A DNA stretch of 64,000 nucleotides from assembly GCA_963666215.2 (NCBI GenBank), contig CAXWPL010000005.1, positions 416,001 through 480,000 of the forward strand, in the 5' to 3' direction. The position numbers and the translations under genes are program-made. The notes beneath the pieces are model-generated. The model ran no database searches, had not been told where the DNA came from, and saw only the letters and a list, made by a program, of their open reading frames with translations. The first letter of the stretch is position 1. The number at the start of each line of letters is the position of its first letter. The stretch comes from Acidobacteriota bacterium. GTDB taxonomy: Bacteria; Acidobacteriota; UBA890; WLXD01. Below, piece by piece: positions 39,401 to 48,678 of this stretch.

Positions 39401-40470
39401 TGAGATCAATGGGGTTGTTCAAAAGACTCCACGACCTCAGAAGGAGCGCCCGATGCAGCTGCATGGTAACGCCCGCACGACGCCGTATATACGCCGAGAG
39501 ATGGTCCGCCGAGTCCGGGAGCGGGCGGAGCCCGTGACGGAAACGGCGGCGGCGCTCGGCGTGTCGGCTCGAACGGTTTACAAGTGGCTGGATAGATACG
39601 AGCGAGAAGGTGAGGCCGGGCTGCTCGATCGATCAAGCCGGCCGACGTGCTGTCCGCACGCAACAAGCGCTGGAGTTGTGAGGCAGATCGACAAGCTACG
39701 TCGGCGGCGACTGACGGCCTGGCAGATCAGCCGAAGGTTGGCTGTGCCGCGCTCGACCGTCTCGGCGTGGCTGAAGCGGCTCGGACTCGCCAAGCTTGAT
39801 GCGCTCGAGCCCAAGCCCGAGATCGTTCGCTACGAGTACGAGCACCCCGGTGACCTACTGCACCTGGATACGAAGAAACTGGCCCGTATCCGGCGACCTG
39901 GACACCGCATCCACGGCGACCGCTCCAAGCGGGCCTACGGCGTCGGCTGGGAGAACGCCCACGTCGCTATCGACGATCACTCTCGGGTGGCGTACGTCGA
40001 AGTGCTGCCCGCCGAAGACCAACACACCTGCACAGCGTTCCTGCAGCGAGCCGTCGAGCACTTCGCTTCGATGGGAGTAGCGGTGCGCCGAGTGATGACA
40101 GACAACGGGCCTGGCTACGTCTCGAAGCGCTTCAATCGCCTATGCCATCAACTCGAGATCCGGCACATTTACACCCGGCCCTACACCCCCAGAACCAACG
40201 GCAAAGCCGAACGCTTCATCCGCACACTCAAGGAGCAGTGGGCCTACGGCACCTGCTACCAGACCTCAGCTCGACGTACTCGAGCTCTACGGCCCTGGCT
40301 CAACCACTACAATCGTCACCGTCCCCACGCCGGCATCGGCATGACACCGCCGATCGCTCGGCTCTCAGGGGTGAGTTCGTGAACAACCTACCTAGAACTC
40401 ACACCTAGCCGGCTCGAAGAAGTCCGGGTTCTCCAACAAGCGCAGCGTGTCCACGGCTGCCAGCGGATGA
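36419..40470 (+). CDS. Secreted EEP hydrolase - Ig (choice-of-anchor D) - amidohydrolase 3 - FN3 fusion, interrupted near its 3' end by IS481
   Basis: Signal peptide; WNI, LQE, GDLN, SDH (EEP); FGEVEVG..INSNDP (ASH/Ig); PGLIDTHIH, IEH, GTDA, GSIEVGKLAD (amidohydrolase); LRWNDRSDNE..YRFRVRA (FN3); last 21 residues at 40405-40470. Confidence 0.8.
39361..40403 (+). mobile_element. IS481-family element, copy 2 (transposase 39453-40382)
   Basis: Appears identical to 14887-15929; CCTAGC duplication at 39355-39360 and 40404-40409. Confidence 0.95.
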
Positions 40471-40756
40471 GACTGGCTGACCGGCCCACGGCAGATCCAC
40501 CACGGCCTGCCAAGGATCATTGAATGTAGCCGAGCGCCCGGAGCTTGCTCAACGGTCGGCGCCCAATTCGATGTCCCGCTTCCGGAATCGTACGTGGCGT
40601 AACCGAACGCGCCTGCTGTGGCGCGCCGTGTCCAATCGGCAATGGCAACGTGTTTCCGGCCTCCGGACGTTCCGGCACGGATGCTGCAATCCCTGCACGC
40701 AACCGCGCACGCCGGGATGTTGTAACGAGCATTCCGGCAAACAAGGAGGAACGGCC

Positions 40757-41225
40757 ATGAATAGATCTGGCTCTGGATCACACCATTCCGTCGTCCGCAC
40801 CTTGGCAGTCGGCATCGCCCTGCTGCTGGCCGCACCGGCGCTGGCGCAGCGGGAAGTTGCCGAGGTCGAGGCAAGCGCCATCTGGATCGGGACCGTTGAG
40901 CGCGGTGAGCTCGTGCGGCAGGTGCGCGGTCCAGGGGTGATGGAGCGGTTCGGGCGAGGTTTCCACACACACGTCCGAATCGCGGCGAGCCAAGCATCCG
41001 AGGTTGAGCTCGATCAACGCGTGGTGATCGACACGCACGCCACCACGCTCCGCCGGACGCGTCGTTCATATTGACGACCACGTTGAGGAGGGCACGCTCC
41101 GCCTGGTGGTCGAAGTCACGGACGACATTCCCGAGAATGTGCGTCCGGGGCTCTCGGTGGACGTGACCGTGCAGGTCGAACCGCTCGCCGACGTCACCTT
41201 CGTGAGCCGGCCCGCCTACGCTCGA
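40757..41225 (+). pseudogene. Minimal HlyD/RND adaptor-like protein, frameshifted and 3'-truncated
   Basis: IWIGTVERGELVRQVRGPG, ASQASEVELDQRVVIDT, GRVVHID, RPGLSVDVTVQVE..DVTFVSRP; frameshift near 41050; AAGGAGG RBS. Confidence 0.6.
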
Positions 41226-41410
41226 GCCGCGTCGGCACGCCCGCCGAAGCCGATCTCCGGAATGACGTTGTCGGTGCTGGGCGCGACGAGGACGATCGTG
41301 ATGCCCGAAAGCGGAATCAGTTGGCGCGCCGCCGCCAGCGCAGTACCCAGCCGACTCACCGAACCCAAGAAGACCACGGCGGATCGCCGGCAGACGCGTC
41401 CGTAGCCGAC

Positions 41411-41570
41411 GTAGCTCGGGTGGACACGCCCTCTCCGTAGCGATGCCCTGCGCAACGAAAAATCGCCGCGGGCAATGACAGGTTGTTCACCCGAGCAGCA
41501 TCATCCGGCCCGCGGCCACTGCTCGCAGCCAATCGCCTAGGAGAGGGCGGTCCACCCGAGCGGCCCCTAC
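41411..41570. repeat. REPIN/MITE-like long hairpin element, copy 2
   Basis: GTAG...CTAC ends; GCTCGGGTGGACACGCCCTCTCC / GGAGAGGGCGGTCCACCCGAGC. Confidence 0.75.
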
Positions 41571-41728
41571 TCGAGCACACAGGAGCGCCAATCTTTATGG
41601 ACGCACTCGGTCGCGAGTCCTTCGCAGTCATCTGTTCAATTCCGAGAACGGACCCATTGCGATCCAAGATCGATAGAATGCGACCCTTGAGAGTTCCCCC
41701 GAGCGCTCCCACCGATACGAGGTCAGAC

Positions 41729-44227
41729 ATGCCCACCTTCGGCGACTGGATTCCAGCGAGTCTTTACCGCGTAGCTCCCGCTCTCGCCCTGCTGACGATC
41801 GTGGCGTTGCTGGGCGCCCCGACCCCGGCGCACGCGCAGTTCGCCTTTGGACTCTCGGTTGCGGTGAGCGACAACGAGGTTCTCATCGGCGAGCCCGGCA
41901 ACCGGGTCACGCCCGGGTATGTCTACGTGTACCGGCAAGCCGACGACGGATGGACCGAAGTCCAGCGCCTGAGTCGCTCGGGTGCGAGTAACAGCGACGG
42001 CTTTGGCCAGGCGATCGTCGTCGATGGGAACAGGCTGCTGATTGGTGCCACCTCGGAGGCGGGCGGCGCGGTTCATGTGTTCGAGCGCGGCGACGACGGC
42101 TGGATGGAGACCGGACGATTCGGTCCCGACGAAGTGGCAGCCGATGGCTCCTTCGGAGGCGCGCTGGCGGTGAGCGGCGACTTGGCGATCGTTGGCGCAC
42201 AGGACCGCGAGGGCAAGGCTGGCGCCGCCTTCGTGTTCGCGCTCCGGGAGGGTGCGTGGACCCAGGTCGCCGAGCTGGCGCCCGACGGAGGGGCCACCGA
42301 GATGGCGGCCGACGACGAGGAGGCGGAAACGGAGACCGAGACCGAGGAAGCGCCGAAACCCGCCTTCGGCTCGGCCGTCGCGATCGACGGCGACTGGGCA
42401 ATGGTCGGTGCGCCGACCGAGGCTGGTATGGGCAGCGTCTACGTCTTCCGTCGCGAGGACGACAGCTGGCACCAGGTTGCCAAGCTGCCCACAGGCAGCG
42501 GTGGACCTCCGGGCGCGCAGAATCGGCGAGCCGGGGCGGCCTTCGGCTCGACGATCCTGATGCGCGACGGGCAGGCGCTGGTGGGCGCGATCGGCGCCAA
42601 CGGCATCGGTGCGGTACGCAGCTACGAGCTCGATGACGAAGGCGAAAGCTGGGTGGCCCGCGGCTCGCTGTTGCCCTTCGACGGTACGCCCGGCTACGGC
42701 TTCGGTAGCTCGATCGTGCTCACCGAGAACGAGGTTCTGGTCGGTGCCCCGGGAGCGGGCCGTGGTCTCGGCCGCGTCTATCGGTTCGTCATGGACGCCG
42801 ACGGCAACGTCACAGAGGCCACCAAGCTGGGGACGGCGGCGCTCGGGTTCGGCGCCGGCTTCGCCGCTTCTCTGGCGGGCGACGGGAGCCTGCTGGTGGC
42901 CGGCAGCCCCGGCGACGATCTCGGGGCCGGAACGGCGACCATCATGGATCGCTCGTTGGGCGGCTTCGACCGAACCAAGGTGTTCAGCGAGGCGAGCGGC
43001 CTCGATCCCGTGGTAGGTGGGGCGATCGAGTGCTCCGACGGAATGGCAGGCATGTTCCCCTGCGACAAGTTCGACTTGATCTCGTTCCTGCCGAATCACC
43101 TCATGGACGGGGGCCGTGGCGCCTGGGCCAACGATGTGTGGGGCTGGACCGACCCCGAGACCGGGCATGACTACGCCCTGGTCGGCCTGTCGGCGCGCAC
43201 GTCGTTCGTCGACGTGACCGACCCCTACAACCCGATCTACGTCGGCAACCTGCCGAAGACGCCGGGCACGCCCGACAGCCTGTGGCGCGACATGAAGGTG
43301 TACGCCGATCATGTGTTCGTCGTGGCCGACGCGGCGGCGGAGCACGGCGTGCAGATCTTCGATCTGACGCGGCTGCGTGAATTCGCGGGTGAGCCGATCG
43401 AGTTCGAAGTCGATGTGCAGTACGAACAGGTCAACAGCGCTCACAACATCGTCATCAACGAACAGACGGCGTTCGCCTACGTCGTGGGTGCAAGCGGCGG
43501 CGGCGAGACCTGTGGCGGCGGCCTGCACATGATCAACATCGAGGATCCCCAGCAGCCGATCTTTGCCGGCTGCTTTGCCGATGTGCGCAGCGGACGCCGT
43601 GGAACCGGCTACTCACACGATGCGCAGTGCGTCGTCTACCACGGTCCCGACGAGCGCTACAGCGGCAAGGAGCTGTGCTTCGGATCCAACGAGACCGCGC
43701 TCAGCATCGCCGACGTGAGCGACAAGCGGAACCCGGTGGCGGTGTCGATGGCGACCTACCCGAACGTTGCCTACTCGCACCAGGGCTGGCTCACCGACGA
43801 CCAGCGCTACTTCTATATGAACGACGAGGGCGACGAAGCGTCGGGCACGGTGGAGGGCACGCGCACGCTGATCTTCGACGTGCAGGAGCTCGACGACCCG
43901 ATTCTGCTCGGCGAGTACATCCACGACGTCCAGGCAATCGATCACAACCTCTACGTCGTCGGCAACCGGATGTACCAGTCGAACTACAACGCCGGGCTGC
44001 GGGTCCTCGACATCACCGATCCCGAGAACCTCGAGATGGCGGGCTATTTCGACACCGTCCCGTGGGACGACAACGGGGTGGAGTACGACAGCTTTTCGTG
44101 GAGCAACTACCCGTTCTTCGACAACGGCTTCATCCTCGTCACCAGCATCCGCGAGGGCCTCTTCATCGTCCGCGAGCAGGGCAACGAGGCCACCGCAAAC
44201 AGCCGAGGATCGGGGTCGCGGCGGTAG
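41729..44227 (+). CDS. Choice-of-anchor B family protein with N-terminal FG-GAP repeats
   Basis: Signal peptide; FG..VA....VGA repeats; NDVWGWTDPETG, WRDMKVY, SAHNI, YSHDAQC, HQGWL, DHNLY, WSNYPFF. Confidence 0.88.
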   Translation: MPTFGDWIPASLYRVAPALALLTIVALLGAPTPAHAQFAFGLSVAVSDNEVLIGEPGNRVTPGYVYVYRQADDGWTEVQRLSRSGASNSDGFGQAIVVDGNRLLIGATSEAGGAVHVFERGDDGWMETGRFGPDEVAADGSFGGALAVSGDLAIVGAQDREGKAGAAFVFALREGAWTQVAELAPDGGATEMAADDEEAETETETEEAPKPAFGSAVAIDGDWAMVGAPTEAGMGSVYVFRREDDSWHQVAKLPTGSGGPPGAQNRRAGAAFGSTILMRDGQALVGAIGANGIGAVRSYELDDEGESWVARGSLLPFDGTPGYGFGSSIVLTENEVLVGAPGAGRGLGRVYRFVMDADGNVTEATKLGTAALGFGAGFAASLAGDGSLLVAGSPGDDLGAGTATIMDRSLGGFDRTKVFSEASGLDPVVGGAIECSDGMAGMFPCDKFDLISFLPNHLMDGGRGAWANDVWGWTDPETGHDYALVGLSARTSFVDVTDPYNPIYVGNLPKTPGTPDSLWRDMKVYADHVFVVADAAAEHGVQIFDLTRLREFAGEPIEFEVDVQYEQVNSAHNIVINEQTAFAYVVGASGGGETCGGGLHMINIEDPQQPIFAGCFADVRSGRRGTGYSHDAQCVVYHGPDERYSGKELCFGSNETALSIADVSDKRNPVAVSMATYPNVAYSHQGWLTDDQRYFYMNDEGDEASGTVEGTRTLIFDVQELDDPILLGEYIHDVQAIDHNLYVVGNRMYQSNYNAGLRVLDITDPENLEMAGYFDTVPWDDNGVEYDSFSWSNYPFFDNGFILVTSIREGLFIVREQGNEATANSRGSGSRR

Positions 44228-44281
44228 CGGCTGCGCCGCACGGCTGGCGCATTCCGCCGGGGCGCGACAAGATAGGGTGCG

Positions 44282-44533
44282 GTGCCTATCTACGAGTATG
44301 TCTGCAGCAAGTGTGTTCGCGAGTTCGAGGCCCTGGTGCGTACGCCGGACGAAGCCAGGTGTCCGGAATGCGGCGGCGCCAAGCTCGAGCGACTGCTGTC
44401 GGTGCCCGCGGTAAAAAGCGAGGGCACCAGGTCGCTCGCCATGCGGGCCGCAAAAAAGCGCGACGCTGGGCAGGCGAAGAGGCGCAACCGGGAACAGCTG
44501 CGGTACGAACAGAGCCACGACCGGCACGGCTGA
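44282..44533 (+). CDS. FmdB-family zinc ribbon protein
   Basis: MPIYEYVCSKC..FE....CPECG...LERLLS. Confidence 0.9.
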   Translation: MPIYEYVCSKCVREFEALVRTPDEARCPECGGAKLERLLSVPAVKSEGTRSLAMRAAKKRDAGQAKRRNREQLRYEQSHDRHG

Positions 44534-44647
44534 GGCGCCGCCGGCGAGCTCCTCGAACGAAGGGCTCGAAAAGCGCTACGAGCACTCAGATCGAAGCACT
44601 ACTGGCGCTCAGGCATCGCGCCAGGCCGCGCCTGCCAGCGCATCAGC

Positions 44648-45592
44648 TCAGAAGTCGAGCGTGAAGCCAATCCCGGTGCCACCGCCGCGGGCCGCCACCA
44701 TGTGCACACGCAGGCGTTCGTTTGAGAATCGGTCGTTAACGACGTTGGCCGCCACAATGCCGATCGCAGCGCCGGCAATAACGTCGGAAAGGAAATGGCG
44801 GCGCTGGTCGATGCGGGAAATGCCCATCAGAGTGGCGAACGCATAGGCCGGAATCGCTGCCTTCTTGCCGTAGTTGTGGCTCAAGACGGTGGCCATCGCG
44901 AAGGCGCCGGCCGTATGTCCCGACGGAAATGACAGCTCGTCGTAGGCGTCGGGACGCATCCGGCGGATGCCGAGCTTGATCGGCGTGACAACCAGATCGG
45001 TCAGCACCAGCGCTTGAGTGAGCTGCGCCGCGGTGCGCGCCAGGCCTGGCTTGTCGAGGGCGTGGCCGCCGAAGAACGCCGCAGCGAGCGCCGGATACAG
45101 CACCACGCGCTGACCGATGGACGACATCCCGTCGCTGAAATCGTCGAGCCCCTCGGGCCTCAGCGCCGAGAAGGCGAGCTCGTCGCCTTCGTAGACGGTC
45201 GCCACCGTAGCGCCGAGACCGATGCTGAGAATCATCCGATTGCGAGAGTCATCCAAGGTGAGCAGCTTGAGCAGGTCCTTGGCGAGCGCGCCCGGCTGCA
45301 GTAGCTGGTTCAGGGCGCTGGCGAGGTCATCTGGCTTCTCGAACTCCACGCTTGACTCGTCAGCTGCCTCGGCCTTGGCCGCGGCAATCGCAGCTGCGAG
45401 GCTCGCGGCCGCCTGCGCGGCCTCGGCATCCGGCTGGGCCGCGGAGCTCGACTCCTGTGCCCCTGCCACATCGACGACGACGAGCAGAGAGAGCGCAACC
45501 ATGGCGCTCAATGCGCGGCGCGGCGCTCGAAATCGGGAGACCGTGCTCAGCGAACACTTCGACAGCATCTGCACCTCATGGGCCAGGCTCAT
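44648..45592 (-). CDS. PAP2 family phosphatase (start uncertain)
   Basis: K...R.RP, SFPSGHT, SRI...HFLSDVIAG. Confidence 0.85.
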   Translation of the reverse strand: MSLAHEVQMLSKCSLSTVSRFRAPRRALSAMVALSLLVVVDVAGAQESSSAAQPDAEAAQAAASLAAAIAAAKAEAADESSVEFEKPDDLASALNQLLQPGALAKDLLKLLTLDDSRNRMILSIGLGATVATVYEGDELAFSALRPEGLDDFSDGMSSIGQRVVLYPALAAAFFGGHALDKPGLARTAAQLTQALVLTDLVVTPIKLGIRRMRPDAYDELSFPSGHTAGAFAMATVLSHNYGKKAAIPAYAFATLMGISRIDQRRHFLSDVIAGAAIGIVAANVVNDRFSNERLRVHMVAARGGGTGIGFTLDF

Positions 45593-45746
45593 CGGACGCC
45601 GAGCCTTGGAGGAAAGCTTGGGGAAGAGTATAGAAGCTGCAGACTGCGGCCCGCATGGGTCATTCGACCGACGCCGGAAAATAGTGTGCTCCGCTCCCAG
45701 CCGCCCGACGAAGTGCGCGGCTCCAATCGCCGGCCAGACGCCCTCG

Positions 45747-46313
45747 CTAGCGCTGGTTCGCGGGCAGAAGGAGATCCTCGAGGAAGAACGCCGACAGCGC
45801 GGCGCGGCCGGCGAGATCGGACTTGCGGTATACCGACTGCGCCTGCTGGCGAACGGTCCGTTCGCTGGTGGAGCGTGCAGCTGCGACTTCCTTGTGGCTT
45901 AGCCCCTTGAGCATCAGCAGGGCCACCTCACGCTCGGCTTGCGTGAGCTGCCAGCGGTGGAATTGAGCGTCGATTGCCGCACTGAGACCTCTCAAAAGCT
46001 CGCGCATGTCGGCGCGCCATTGCGCTCCTTCGGCGCGCGCCACGTCGAGATCGCCCATGAGCAAGGCATGCTCTCGCTGCTGGCGGGTGAAGCGTCCGTA
46101 CAGAAACGCCACCGCGCCCGCGACGCCCACGAGCAAGGCGGGCTCGATGGCCTCCATCATGATCTGGCCAAACGTCAGATGCGGCTCCTCTATCCAGTCG
46201 ATCGCAACCAGAACAACGACGGCCGCGACCATCGTCACGCCGATAGCGAGGCCCGACCAGCGTGGCAGCCTCAGGTGTGCGCGCTCAGTTCCGCCAATCG
46301 CCGCTGGAGTCAT
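45747..46313 (-). CDS. Membrane-anchored LuxR-type HTH regulator
   Basis: Two TM helices; WQLTQAEREVALLMLKGLSHKEVA..RSTSERTVRQQ. Confidence 0.88.
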   Translation of the reverse strand: MTPAAIGGTERAHLRLPRWSGLAIGVTMVAAVVVLVAIDWIEEPHLTFGQIMMEAIEPALLVGVAGAVAFLYGRFTRQQREHALLMGDLDVARAEGAQWRADMRELLRGLSAAIDAQFHRWQLTQAEREVALLMLKGLSHKEVAAARSTSERTVRQQAQSVYRKSDLAGRAALSAFFLEDLLLPANQR

Positions 46314-46512
46314 CGGTCGCCCTCTGGCCCGCTGGCCTTCTAGTCAATCCGGTCGACGTCGCGCCGACTACGAGCCCGGCGCCTCGTATTCGATGACCTG
46401 CCAGCCTGACACTTTGGAAGCGCGGCTTCAATGACCGGGGCGAACGATGCTGGTCGTGCGGCCAGGCGCTTGGCTAGTCACCGCGAGGCCCGCGCGCAGT
46501 CAGGGCTCTCGG

Positions 46513-48084
46513 TTAGGGATTCGTCGCGGGCACCGCGTCCATCAAGAGCTCGAGGGCTCGGCCGAGCGCCTCGGATCCGGGCCGGGCTCCCCTGGAGTGA
46601 CCCAGCCGCACCACCACCATGTCGCGATCGGGAATGATGATCGTGAACTGGCCGCCGGCCCCCGCCATGTAGAACGCCTCGTGCGGAATCGGAAACGACC
46701 CGTCGCGGTTGAGCCAGAAGAAGGAGCCGCCGTAGATCATGCGGCCGTCGGCCTCCCAGGCGGGCGCCACGGTGCTGGCGTAGTCCACCCAGCCCTCGGG
46801 GAGGATGCGCTCACCGTTGGCCATGCCGTCGGCGAGGTAGAGCATCCCCAGCCGCGCCCAGTTGCGGCCGGTGCCGAATTCGTAGCCTTGCAAGAGAAAA
46901 TTGCCGTACGGATCGGTTTCGAGAACCATGCGACGGATGCCGATCTTGTCGAACAGCGCGCGCTGTGGGTACGTGAGGTACTCCTCGCCCCGCGCCTCGA
47001 CCGCCTGGCGAATCAGGTAGTTGATCGTCAGCGGGTCGGAGTTGCGGTAGCGACCGATCGTGTTGGGCGGCCACTGGGCGGGGCGGGTGATCGCCCACTG
47101 ATGCGAGTCTGCCGATCCGGTGTAAACGTAGAGATGGTCGGGGTAACCGTTCGGGTAGCCAAAGCCGTATTCGTAGTCGGGATCCTGCGGGGCTATGAAA
47201 CGCAGCCCGGAAGACATCCGCATGACGTCGCCGATGCGAATCGTGCCACGCGGGTCGTCAGGATCGGCGTGCCAGGCGTCGATCGGGGCTTCCTGCCAGA
47301 GCTCGTAGTCGCCCGCGTGAATCAACGTTGCCATGAGCGTGGCCGTGAGCGACTTGCCCATCGACCAGCTCTCGAGCTGGGTGTCCTTGTCGATCCCGTC
47401 CATGTAGCGCTCGCCGATGATGCGTCCCTTGTGGGTCACAACGAAGGCGGCGGTAAGGCCATCGGCCGGCTCGAAGGCCGCGTCAACAGCCGCGCCGAGC
47501 TTGTCGGCATCGACCTCCACCGGTAACGGATCGTCGGTCAGCACATCGCCCATGGGCCAGGGCATCGACGTCGCATCGGGCAGGCTCGACACCACGTCGA
47601 CCGGTGTGTAGTAGGGCTCGTCTACGCCCTTCGGAAGCGTCAAGCAGCCCTGGTCTCCCAAGAACCTCGCCGTTCGGGTGACGCCGCCGTCGAGCGTCAC
47701 GTGCACCGCGCGCTCGCCGCGATCGATCACCAGGTTGGTGAAACGTTCACGCTCCTCCGAGTTCGACACGAAGTGACCGACGTCCTCGGCCGCCGCGCGC
47801 TCGTCGAGGCCGGTTACAAAGATCGCTGAGCAGACGGTCTTGGCGAATCCGGACATCGAGTGCTCGAGCGCGTCGCCGGGCGGGACCTCCCATGGTGTGC
47901 CGCGTGAGGTGTCGAGCTCGTGCTCCGCGGCACGGACAACGAGTGGGTTCGTGGCCGGTGCATCGGATTCAACCCCACCAGCTGACTCGGCGGGGTCAGC
48001 CTCCGGACTGCAAGCTGTGCACAGCAGCACCATGGCGAATAGCAGGACGGACGAAGAACGAGACAGCAGCGCGGGGAAACGCAT
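46513..48084 (-). CDS. Serine hydrolase (beta-lactamase class C-like), lipoprotein
   Basis: SWSMGKS (SxxK), YRN, MAGAGGQ; lipobox CTAC. Confidence 0.88.
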   Translation of the reverse strand: MRFPALLSRSSSVLLFAMVLLCTACSPEADPAESAGGVESDAPATNPLVVRAAEHELDTSRGTPWEVPPGDALEHSMSGFAKTVCSAIFVTGLDERAAAEDVGHFVSNSEERERFTNLVIDRGERAVHVTLDGGVTRTARFLGDQGCLTLPKGVDEPYYTPVDVVSSLPDATSMPWPMGDVLTDDPLPVEVDADKLGAAVDAAFEPADGLTAAFVVTHKGRIIGERYMDGIDKDTQLESWSMGKSLTATLMATLIHAGDYELWQEAPIDAWHADPDDPRGTIRIGDVMRMSSGLRFIAPQDPDYEYGFGYPNGYPDHLYVYTGSADSHQWAITRPAQWPPNTIGRYRNSDPLTINYLIRQAVEARGEEYLTYPQRALFDKIGIRRMVLETDPYGNFLLQGYEFGTGRNWARLGMLYLADGMANGERILPEGWVDYASTVAPAWEADGRMIYGGSFFWLNRDGSFPIPHEAFYMAGAGGQFTIIIPDRDMVVVRLGHSRGARPGSEALGRALELLMDAVPATNP

Positions 48085-48175
48085 GATCGGGGACCTCCGG
48101 GAGCAACGGTGAGCTCGCGCGAGCGGGCTGGAGTCTACTGCACGCTCACAGCACCGAGCCAACGACGCTCAGCGC

Positions 48176-48670
48176 TCAAGATCCCGTCGACGGAGAGGTC
48201 GCCGGCGACAACGGAGGTCGTAACTTAGGGAATGGCAAGGCCGAGCTGGCGCCGTTCTCGGCTACCTGGGCGAGGACCTGTCTCGCGGCGGCGATCAGTT
48301 CGTCGGTGTCGAGTCCGAAATCGCTCGACGGATGAAGCGTCAGGTTGTCCATGGCACGCCGTAAGAGCGCCGTAACGCCGCGCGTATTCGCACGCTGCGC
48401 GTGGCAGCAACCCACCGCGACCTGGGTGACGCCGCGCAAGAAGCGTCGATCTTCAGGGGCGATCTCGTCGCTTTTCCAGGCGTACTCGAAGAACTCGTGC
48501 GCCTCGAAAAAGCGCTCTGCGTTGAACAGCTCCACCCCGTGCGCCAGCGCCTCGGCGGCGGAGGAAACCACCTCCTCGGGGTCGCGCGCGTGCGGCATCT
48601 CGTCGCGGCTACCGCGTGGCAGCGCCCGGCCGTATCGATCACGCGCCGTGCGAGCTCTCGGGCTGGCCAT
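48176..48670 (-). CDS. DUF309 domain protein
   Basis: RDRYGRALP; LFNAERFFEAHEFFEYAW; GVTQVAVG..H. Confidence 0.85.
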   Translation of the reverse strand: MASPRARTARDRYGRALPRGSRDEMPHARDPEEVVSSAAEALAHGVELFNAERFFEAHEFFEYAWKSDEIAPEDRRFLRGVTQVAVGCCHAQRANTRGVTALLRRAMDNLTLHPSSDFGLDTDELIAAARQVLAQVAENGASSALPFPKLRPPLSPATSPSTGS

Positions 48671-48678
48671 CAAACCCG

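Noticed and set aside
14887-40403. Composite transposon formed by the two IS481 copies
   Set aside because: Each copy has its own CCTAGC duplication, and the gene interrupted by copy 2 continues on its far side, so these are independent insertions
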